Part shown: piece by piece, positions 16,168 through 23,489 of the stretch
Layout of the letters: each line of letters opens with the position of its first letter
Position numbering within the stretch: the first letter of the stretch is position 1
Origin: Cyanobacteriota bacterium
GTDB taxonomy: Bacteria; Cyanobacteriota; Cyanobacteriia; PCC-6307; Cyanobiaceae
DNA: 64,000 nt
Assembly (NCBI GenBank): GCA_046052125.1
Contig: JBJOMY010000003.1
Coordinates: 224,001 to 288,000 of the forward strand
Reading direction: 5' to 3'
The notes under the pieces: generated by a model
Told to the model about the DNA's origin: nothing
What the model saw: only the letters and a program-made list of their open reading frames with translations
The model's database searches: none
Translations under genes and position numbers: made by a program

Positions 16168-17439
16168 TCAAGCGCCGCTGAGTAGGCGTAGCTTGGTGAA
16201 GAGAAAGCCGAGAACAGTTGTCTGGCGAGTGATGATCTCTGCCTGCACATCCATGCCATGCCTTAAAGAGCAAGTGCGGTTTGCAGATCGCAGCTCTGTT
16301 GTTGAAGGTTTGAGTGAGATCTGGAAAAGTCCTGCTCCGGTAGGCTGGCTCGATTGACCCTGAGCTGCATCGTTTTGTAGGGTGTCGGCAGAGATATTGA
16401 CCACTTTCGCTTTGAGAACACCGTAGTCTGGATAGGGGCATCCAGTGATGCGTAGGTAAGCGTCCTGGCTTGATCTGATGTTGCCGATGTCTCGGCTGGG
16501 GATGCGCACTTGAATCATTTGGGCGGCATCCTTTGGTGCAATCTTGGCAAGAATCTCACCTGCTCTGATCACCTGCTGAGCGTGGCGCATGCCGCTCACC
16601 AACACAGTACCGGCTGTGGGCGCTTTGATCGTGCTATTGATTAGTGCTCTGTTCACCTCCGCGAGTCGCGCGCGCGTGGATTCTAGTAATTTATTTAACT
16701 CTCGATTCTGGTTGGATGTCTTTCCGCGGTCTTGCCTCATTCCTGCGAGCTGAGCGGTTCCCCGCGCACGCTGTTCTTGCATGGCCTGGCGTGCTTTCGC
16801 CAACTCATTCGATGCCAGTTGATACTGTGCCTTCTTCTCATCCACAACACTGGCTGAAACAGCACCAGTGGTGAGCAGGCTTTGATAACGCTGCAGCTCT
16901 GTCTGCCTGAAGTGCAGGGTGGCACTGGCGTTATCAACGTCTCGAGAAGCGGATACGAGTTGGGCGCGGAGGAGTTCTGATGTCGCTGCACTCTGCTGTA
17001 TCAAATCGTTGGCCTGACCGATGCTGCTCTGTTGCTGTGCGATCGATTCATGCAATTCACTTTCTAATTTCTTCTTTTCATTTTCGAGTTGTCGCCGATC
17101 CAGTGCTGCCAGGGCTTGCCCCTTCCTTACCTCTTGATTCTCTTTAATCCATACGGCTGCCAAGCTCCCATCCAGTTGACTTTGGACAACCGTGTTCTCA
17201 CCGTAGGGCCGAACAACCCCAGCAGCACGAACGGTTTCGCGCCATGGCCAGATCGCTAGGCCAATCAGTCCGGCAGTTGCTGTGATGAGCGCATTGCGTC
17301 CTAACGAGTGACTCCAGCGTCCCAGTGATGGTAAAAAGTCGTCTGTGGCGACCAGCATGATCGCCATATCCTGATCAGCGCGTGCTTCAGGTGCGCTGGG
17401 TTTGTTTGATTGTTGTTGAAGATCGAGATTGCTCATCAT
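16168..17439 (-). CDS. HlyD-family secretion membrane-fusion protein
   Basis: TVRAAGVVRP, VRKGQAL, long coiled coil, IKAPTAGTV, CPYPDYGVLKAKVVNISAD, LRHGMDVQAEI; ATG overlaps the transporter stop (TGATG). Confidence 0.92.
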   Translation of the reverse strand: MMSNLDLQQQSNKPSAPEARADQDMAIMLVATDDFLPSLGRWSHSLGRNALITATAGLIGLAIWPWRETVRAAGVVRPYGENTVVQSQLDGSLAAVWIKENQEVRKGQALAALDRRQLENEKKKLESELHESIAQQQSSIGQANDLIQQSAATSELLRAQLVSASRDVDNASATLHFRQTELQRYQSLLTTGAVSASVVDEKKAQYQLASNELAKARQAMQEQRARGTAQLAGMRQDRGKTSNQNRELNKLLESTRARLAEVNRALINSTIKAPTAGTVLVSGMRHAQQVIRAGEILAKIAPKDAAQMIQVRIPSRDIGNIRSSQDAYLRITGCPYPDYGVLKAKVVNISADTLQNDAAQGQSSQPTGAGLFQISLKPSTTELRSANRTCSLRHGMDVQAEIITRQTTVLGFLFTKLRLLSGA

Positions 17440-19667
17440 CAGCTTGCCGATAAGTAAGGGGAAACAAGTAGGCTTTCTTGTAGAGCACTTGGTTGGTCTT
17501 GCTGTTTCACCTTCCCTTGATCGATATAGATGATCCAATCAGCACGAAGGATGACGGAGGGTCTGTGGCTCACCATGATGGTTGTTTTCCCTTTTCGATG
17601 TGTGAGCAGCTGATTCATCAGGCGCTGTTCAAGCACTGGATCCAGTGCGGAGGTTGATTCGTCTAGGATCACCACAGGTGGGTCGTTGATCAAAGCCCGA
17701 GCCAGGGCTAATCGTTGCCGTTGCCCTCCTGAAAGATTGGCTCCAAACTCGCCAAGAACTGTTCCATAGCCATCGGGTAGCTCTCGGATAAAATCATCAG
17801 CCAATGCAAGCCTGCACGCTTCTACAATCTCTGGAAAGCTAATGGCAGGATGGCTAAATACGAAATTCTCGTAGATGCTCCGATTGAAAAAGTGTGAGTC
17901 TTGAGGCACCAAGACAACTTGCCTTCGCAGGCATTCGAGGCTGAGGTCTCTTGAGCTGAAGGAACCGTAGTGAATGGTTCCTTGTTCCGGTGGATAGAAG
18001 CCAGCGATCAGCTTGCTGATGCTGCTTTTGCCACAACCCGACTGACCGATCAGAGCTGTTGTTAAACCACCTGGGATCTCGACACTGAATCCTTCGAGTA
18101 GTGCGCGACGGCCAGGGTAATGCCAGGTGATGTTCTCACATCTGATCGCAGCCTGAGGGCTAATCTGTGCGTAATGACGATTCTTGCTTAGTGCATCTTC
18201 CGGTTCTCTCTCCATCACCTCTGATAACCGCCGTAGGACAACGCCAGCTGTAATGGCTTCCTGGGAGATGGCGCTCAGTCCCGTCAGGAAGGCTAAAACG
18301 TTAGCCCCCATCCCGTTGAAGGCAAGAAGTTGCCCGATGCTCAGGTCATTGTTGATGACAAAGCTACTGCCATACCAAAGCAAGGCAATTGAGCCAAGAC
18401 CTCCTAGTAATCCAGTGGCTGTACTTTCGTTGAGGCGGAGTTGTGTGCCTGCCCAGCTGAGCCGTGCCAACCTGCCAAAGTTTCGCTGGTACTCCTGCCA
18501 GGCTTGTGGTGTTGCCTCTGTTGTTTTGAGTACCGTCGCTGCTCGAAACACTTCCACCAGATAACCCTGGTTGTCTGCTGCCCCGACCAGTAGTTGCTTT
18601 GTCTTCGTCTGAATAAGTGGTAAAAAGCAGAGATTGCATACCACTACAGCTGTGTAGCACGCGACCGCGGCGATAGCCAAAGGTGCTGAGTAGGCGATCA
18701 TCCAGACCAAAGAAATTGCTGCGATGCATAGCTGGCTCGGTAGGCCGGTAACGACGGCGGTCAACAGCTCGTTGATCTTCTGAATGTCACTGATACGACT
18801 AACAACTTCACCGCTTCGATGGCTTTCAAAGTAGTTGATTGGTAGGCGAAATAAGCGTTGGCCATAATGCAGAATCATCTGCAGCTGCAGTTTCTGGCCA
18901 AAGTGCCCCACCATCTGTCCCTGCACCCAGCCCAGTCCATGGCGGAGTGCAGTGAGCAGCATGATTCCAATGCTCAGCGCCGCGAGCATATGAGTATCTC
19001 CTCTGACCAGCACATCGTCGGTCAGGATCTGCATGAGTACAGGCATGCCTAGGGCGAGGCTGCCGATCACAACATTGAGCAGTAAGGCCTGAGTTAATAG
19101 GCCTTTAAAGGGCTTCACGAACTGGGTGAAGATCCAGATCCCTGGCGTGCCTTTGTCTTCCTCATTCTGAGTAAATCTGGCGGGATCTGGTTCCAGTAAT
19201 AGAAGCACCCCATTCTGCCAATGGTGGAGGAACTCGCGATCACTGAGTTCACGAAGTCCAACTGCAGGGTCAGCTACAACAAGCAGCTGATTCTGATTGC
19301 GGCCATGTAAGACGACCCAGTGGTTGCCGTTCCAATGGCAAATGACAGGGAGTGGTACTTCGTTAATCGATTCAAGTATCGATTCGTCAGCCTTTGCTGC
19401 ACGAGCTATGAGCCCCAGCTGCTCAGCTCCCCGTTTCAGTCCAAGGAGCGTGGTGCCGTTGGCCATAGTGCCGACGGCTTCTCGCACGTTGCCAATGCTC
19501 ACGGCACGACCGTGTTGCGCGCAGATCGTTGCAATGCAGGCTGCTCCGCAGTCCTCTTCGCTGAATTGTCGAACGCAGGCAAATTGCCGTTGCTGATGCG
19601 TCAGGAATTGGCGAAGGCCGTTATGCAAGGTCTTGATTCTGTCCTTGCTGAACATCTGAAGGGGCAT
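17439..19667 (-). CDS. Peptidase-C39-containing ABC transporter (PCAT; SunT/PteB-like)
   Basis: Q..EEDCGAAC catalytic Cys, HWNGNHWVVL, VADPA; TM domain; GQSGCGKS, LSGGQRQR, ILDESTSALD. Start ATG 19667 or 19655. Confidence 0.95.
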   Translation of the reverse strand: MPLQMFSKDRIKTLHNGLRQFLTHQQRQFACVRQFSEEDCGAACIATICAQHGRAVSIGNVREAVGTMANGTTLLGLKRGAEQLGLIARAAKADESILESINEVPLPVICHWNGNHWVVLHGRNQNQLLVVADPAVGLRELSDREFLHHWQNGVLLLLEPDPARFTQNEEDKGTPGIWIFTQFVKPFKGLLTQALLLNVVIGSLALGMPVLMQILTDDVLVRGDTHMLAALSIGIMLLTALRHGLGWVQGQMVGHFGQKLQLQMILHYGQRLFRLPINYFESHRSGEVVSRISDIQKINELLTAVVTGLPSQLCIAAISLVWMIAYSAPLAIAAVACYTAVVVCNLCFLPLIQTKTKQLLVGAADNQGYLVEVFRAATVLKTTEATPQAWQEYQRNFGRLARLSWAGTQLRLNESTATGLLGGLGSIALLWYGSSFVINNDLSIGQLLAFNGMGANVLAFLTGLSAISQEAITAGVVLRRLSEVMEREPEDALSKNRHYAQISPQAAIRCENITWHYPGRRALLEGFSVEIPGGLTTALIGQSGCGKSSISKLIAGFYPPEQGTIHYGSFSSRDLSLECLRRQVVLVPQDSHFFNRSIYENFVFSHPAISFPEIVEACRLALADDFIRELPDGYGTVLGEFGANLSGGQRQRLALARALINDPPVVILDESTSALDPVLEQRLMNQLLTHRKGKTTIMVSHRPSVILRADWIIYIDQGKVKQQDQPSALQESLLVSPYLSAS

Positions 19668-19715
19668 GGGCTCTGCCGAAGTGCTCTTGCGCAAAGGCCA
19701 ACAGTGGCCATTGAG

Positions 19716-19742
19716 AAAGGAGGTCTCATAGGTGAGACCTCC
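19716..19742 (-). terminator. Intrinsic terminator/attenuator between peptide 2 and the transporter
   Basis: 10-bp stem GGAGGTCTCA-N4-TGAGACCTCC followed by TTTCTC on the minus strand. Confidence 0.7.
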
Positions 19743-19768
19743 ACTTAGTAGCTCAGGATTTCAGTGCT

Positions 19769-19981
19769 TCATCCCAGCCAGTTCTTGCCAGCAAGCAGAT
19801 CCATGAGTGTTGTGTTAATGGAGCCTGTGTTGCCTTGACCCACCATGGCGGTGCCTTCTAGCAGGCCTACAGCCGTTCCGACGTTGACCGGTGTGATGAC
19901 TCCCAGGTTGATGCTGGGGAGCACAAGAGCGTATCCACCACCGCTGATGGCTTCGCACTGATGATCGTTCAGGAATTGCAT
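19769..19981 (-). CDS. Double-glycine leader precursor peptide 2 (70 aa)
   Basis: MQFLNDHQCEAISGG / GYALVLPSINLGVITPVNVGTAVGLLEGTAMVGQGNTGSINTTLMDLLAGKNWLG; L-x-D-x-Q-x-E-x-I-x-GG leader; upstream of the PCAT. Confidence 0.85.
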   Translation of the reverse strand: MQFLNDHQCEAISGGGYALVLPSINLGVITPVNVGTAVGLLEGTAMVGQGNTGSINTTLMDLLAGKNWLG

Positions 19982-20001
19982 TGTTTTGTTGGAAAATGCT
20001 G

Positions 20002-20026
20002 AAAAAAGGGACCGACAAGCGGTCCC
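20002..20026 (-). terminator. Intrinsic terminator between peptide 1 and peptide 2
   Basis: Minus strand GGGACCG-cttgt-CGGTCCC-TTTTTT. Confidence 0.8.
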
Positions 20027-20033
20027 GATCTGA

Positions 20034-20258
20034 TCAGAACAGGCTGACGATGACGTTGTAGATGTCAGCGTTGTTGCCCTGGATGGTGCTGGCGAGGGCA
20101 CCGCTGTTGCTCAGGCCGAGCAGGGTGTTGGAGGTGCCGCCAACGGCCCAAGCAGAACCGATATTGCTTTGGCCGATGGCGTTGTAGTTGGCGCCAAAGT
20201 ACACGCCGCCAGTCACCACTTCGCTTTGTGCGTCGGTGAGGAGTTCCAGTTTGGTCAT
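20034..20258 (-). CDS. Double-glycine leader precursor peptide 1 (74 aa)
   Basis: MTKLELLTDAQSEVVTGG / VYFGANYNAIGQSNIGSAWAVGGTSNTLLGLSNSGALASTIQGNNADIYNVIVSLF. Confidence 0.87.
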   Translation of the reverse strand: MTKLELLTDAQSEVVTGGVYFGANYNAIGQSNIGSAWAVGGTSNTLLGLSNSGALASTIQGNNADIYNVIVSLF

Positions 20259-20458
20259 TGTGTGTTTGTTCGATGAACATGGGCTAGGCCCAACTTGGTT
20301 TTATCCGACTGGATCGGCATGGATGATCTTTCTGCGCTTCTGCATCGCCGTGCTGGAGCGATCCGCCTCTTGGCTCGCTTTTGCACCTAATTCGGTTCGC
20401 TTCGTTCACGGCGAATCATCACTGCCTTTCAAGACTGATGCGTGTGAATTGATCGCCA

Positions 20459-20881
20459 ATGGATCCTGGTGCCCTGCGCTTGGGAGCTCTTTGGGCTGCC
20501 TGGCTTTTTGTGATGCTGTTCCATGTGGAGCTTGGCTTAATGCCGCTCTTTCATGGCTTTTCTGTGGAAATCAAGAGCCAGGTCAGTGTCACTCGCTTGC
20601 CGCGTATCTTCTTCGCAATGCTGGTGTATTTCCTAATCCCTGTTCTTGCAATGCTTCTGGCTTTTCATGCGGTTTCAGGCCCTATCGCCTGGAGTGGTGC
20701 ATCTGGCTGGAGAGCGGCTCAGTTCTGGCTAAGCGCCATGTATAGCGGCACAAACGTTGCTCATCTGATCGCTGATATCAAAATTCCCGATGCACGGATG
20801 GATCAGGTTGTGTTGATGCTGGTCCTGACCCTGATTGGTTTGCTCCTGAATTGGCAAGCCTGGCTCTGGTGGCAAGGGTGA
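20459..20881 (+). CDS. Hypothetical membrane protein (about 4 TM)
   Basis: Four hydrophobic segments with intramembrane His (FHVELG, FHG, AHL); stop overlaps the ZIP start (GTGA). Confidence 0.7.
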   Translation: MDPGALRLGALWAAWLFVMLFHVELGLMPLFHGFSVEIKSQVSVTRLPRIFFAMLVYFLIPVLAMLLAFHAVSGPIAWSGASGWRAAQFWLSAMYSGTNVAHLIADIKIPDARMDQVVLMLVLTLIGLLLNWQAWLWWQG

Positions 20882-21633
20882 CGACTTTCTCTGTCATCGT
20901 GTTGGGTTCGCTACTGATGAGTGTGATTGCGCTTGTTGGTGCCATCACCATCGTTCTGCCACCCCGACGCCTTCAGCAACTCCTGATTCCGCTGGTATCG
21001 CTTGCCGCTGGTTCACTGATGGGTGGTGCTCTATTTCACATGATCCCCGAGAGTTATGGGGCCATGGATGCGCGTGTCGCAGGATTTTGGGTGGGTGCTG
21101 GATTTACGTCCTTTTTGGGGTTGGAGATCGTTTTGCATTGGCATCATTCTCATCGCAATCGTCAACACGGCCTTGGCACCCTGCTCAGGCTCGATCGCGA
21201 GCCTTTGGCCTTGTTGATCTTGATCGGTGATGCTCTCCACAATTTTATCTGTGGTATTGGCATTGCTGGCACCTATCTGATTGATCCTGCTTCGGGAGTT
21301 GCAGCTTGGCTGGCTGCGGCAGCCCACGAGATCCCTCAGGAGCTCGGTGACTTCGGGGTGTTGTTACACAGCGGCTGGTCGCGTCGCCGTGCATTGGCTT
21401 GGAATTTCATTTCGGCCCTTAGCTTCCCGCTGGGAGCTTTGCTGGCTTGGCGTTTTCAGGCCGTTTTGCCCTTGGCCCCCTTGGTGCTCTTGGCAGCAGG
21501 AAACTTTCTCTACATCGCGGCTTCCGATCTGGTTCCCGAAATCAAGGCTCAGGATTCCTTGTTGCAGGCCTTGACCAGCTTTTCCTGGTTTGCCGGCGGC
21601 CTGCTGGTGCTTTGGTTGCTTGCTTCAGTCTGA
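20878..21633 (+). CDS. ZIP-family divalent metal transporter
   Basis: AAGSLMGGALFHMIPE, HWHHSH loop, GDALHNF, AHEIPQELGDFGVL, AAGNFLYIAASDLVPE. Confidence 0.92.
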   Translation: MTTFSVIVLGSLLMSVIALVGAITIVLPPRRLQQLLIPLVSLAAGSLMGGALFHMIPESYGAMDARVAGFWVGAGFTSFLGLEIVLHWHHSHRNRQHGLGTLLRLDREPLALLILIGDALHNFICGIGIAGTYLIDPASGVAAWLAAAAHEIPQELGDFGVLLHSGWSRRRALAWNFISALSFPLGALLAWRFQAVLPLAPLVLLAAGNFLYIAASDLVPEIKAQDSLLQALTSFSWFAGGLLVLWLLASV

Positions 21634-22383
21634 ATGCTGTCCGGCTTCTGTGATTTCCTTCCCCGCACTCTGAATCCTGTGCCGGTGCGGTTGATTGCCG
21701 AAATGCTTGCGGGCAATGGCTAATAGCTCAGCATCCGTGCAGGCAGTGTCATCCACGTGTCCTAGTTCCACACGCTGCACTATTGAAGGGTGGTGTTGTT
21801 CCAAGTGCTTCCGCAGCAGCTGGCGCAGATCGCTTTCTCCATGTCCATGCCCCAGCAGCAGCACCCGATCTGCCTCTAACACCGCTTGACTGAGTTGGTT
21901 CAGATAGGTGGAGTCCAGCGGTGCTCGCTGTCCGGCGACATCTCGGTCATGGCGATGACTCAGGCGCTGATGGCTACTCCAAAGGCCGTGGGGTACGAGC
22001 GAGGTGCTTTCCAGCTCATCGCCAGTCAGCCACCACAGCTTTGCGCCTCGGTGATCCAGGTGGATGACGAGCCGTTTGGATTGATCACCTCGTTCAGATC
22101 GTGGTTCTTCCGTTGGGTGCTGGGGGGTGATGCCGGCTTGTTGTAGAAATCTCCGCAACCGCAGCACTCCTTCTTCGTCGACATAGGCATGCTGCATACC
22201 CGATGCGGCGTGCAACACCACCGAATTGCCGGTGTTGAGTTCCAGCTTCAAGCGATGATCGGATAGGTGCTCCACGGATGCACCCAGTTGCAGCAGCAGT
22301 GCTTCCACATCTGCCATACGCAGCCCGTGCTGCAGGGGATGGCTGAAGAGCGCCTGCAGCGTGTGGGCATGCTGGTGTTTCAT
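21625..22383 (-). CDS. Fusion of an N-terminal HicA-like domain and a C-terminal bacterial eRF1-like (baeRF) domain
   Basis: HAHTLQALFSHP...DVEALLLQLGA.VEH...VVLH...LRRFLQQAGITP (HicA pattern); LVIHLDHRGAKLW...YLNQLSQAVLEADRVLLLGHG...HLEQHHP...TDAELLAIARKHF (eRF1 domain-2-like pattern). Confidence 0.7.
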   Translation of the reverse strand: MKHQHAHTLQALFSHPLQHGLRMADVEALLLQLGASVEHLSDHRLKLELNTGNSVVLHAASGMQHAYVDEEGVLRLRRFLQQAGITPQHPTEEPRSERGDQSKRLVIHLDHRGAKLWWLTGDELESTSLVPHGLWSSHQRLSHRHDRDVAGQRAPLDSTYLNQLSQAVLEADRVLLLGHGHGESDLRQLLRKHLEQHHPSIVQRVELGHVDDTACTDAELLAIARKHFGNQPHRHRIQSAGKEITEAGQHSD

Positions 22384-22454
22384 CACGTTGGTGGTGATCA
22401 CTTAAGGCAACGCTATGGAACCCAGACCGACCTGGCGTTGTTCTGCAGCTGGCT

Positions 22455-23489
22455 TCAACAGATGCGCGGCAGCTGTTCACCTCGCTGTAGCTCCAGCGGC
22501 CTGAGGACACCCAATCCGTTGCGCAGACTCACTGGATGCCGCCGATTAACCCCTGTCATCCGAGCTGATGCCGCTTGCACAACTCCGATCCTGTCGGCAT
22601 CGCGTTGGTGACGTCGCAGCACCGATAGAGCGCGTTCCGCATCAGCCTGGGGGCACATCACCAGCATGCGACCTTCATTCGCCATCGCCAGCGGATCCAG
22701 GCCCAGCAGATCGCAGGCGCTCCGTACAGGTTTGCTGAACGGAATCGAGGTTTCGTCGAGTTCCACCGTGCACTGTGCTCCCCTTGCGATTTCGTCAATG
22801 GCGCTGGCCAACCCGCCGCGCGTGAGATCCCTGAGGCAGTGCAGCGCTATCCCTTCAGCGAGTAAGTCCTGCACCGTGCTGTGCAGTGGTGCCAGGTCGC
22901 TCTCAAGCGCGCAGCGAAATCCCAGCTCCTGCCGTGCCATCAGGATCGCTACGCCGTGTCGTCCGAGATCGCCACTCACCAGCACCGCATCGCCTGGCTG
23001 TAGAGCCGATGGATGGATGGTTTGCCCGTGCTCCACCACCCCAATGGCGCTGGTGTTGATGAAGAGCCCATCGCCCTTGCCCCGCTCCACCACCTTGGTA
23101 TCGCCCGTGATCACCTTCACACCGCACTGATCAGCCGCCGCTCGGATCGAATCCACCACCCGCTGCAACGTGGCGATTGGCAAGCCTTCCTCCACGATTA
23201 GTCCCAGGCTCATTGCAGCGGCTTTGGCACCCGCCATGGCTAGATCGTTCACGCTTCCAAAGACAGCCAGGCGGCCGATGTCGCCTCCCGGGAAGAACAA
23301 CGGTCTCACCACGTAGGAGTCGGTGGTGAAGGCCAACTGCTGCCCAGGGCTTGCGAACACCGCGGCATCGTGCAGTACGCCATCCGCTGGTCCGAAGGCC
23401 GGCAGCAAGAGCTCCTGAATCAGCTGCTGGCTCAACCGCCCACCTCCACCGTGAGCCAGTTGGATCGTGGCATTGTTAGCTCCCATCAT
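22455..23489 (-). CDS. hypE: Hydrogenase maturation protein HypE
   Basis: LAHGGGG, FTTDSYVVRPLFFPGGDIG, VNDLAMAGA, TGDTKVV, RDLTRGG, ANEG, C-terminal PRIC. Confidence 0.97.
   Translation of the reverse strand: MMGANNATIQLAHGGGGRLSQQLIQELLLPAFGPADGVLHDAAVFASPGQQLAFTTDSYVVRPLFFPGGDIGRLAVFGSVNDLAMAGAKAAAMSLGLIVEEGLPIATLQRVVDSIRAAADQCGVKVITGDTKVVERGKGDGLFINTSAIGVVEHGQTIHPSALQPGDAVLVSGDLGRHGVAILMARQELGFRCALESDLAPLHSTVQDLLAEGIALHCLRDLTRGGLASAIDEIARGAQCTVELDETSIPFSKPVRSACDLLGLDPLAMANEGRMLVMCPQADAERALSVLRRHQRDADRIGVVQAASARMTGVNRRHPVSLRNGLGVLRPLELQRGEQLPRIC

Noticed and set aside
19769..20258. Peptides as prochlorosin/lanthipeptide or Nif11-type precursors
   Set aside because: Leaders are only 15-18 aa, the cores lack Cys and no LanM or other modifying enzyme is present.
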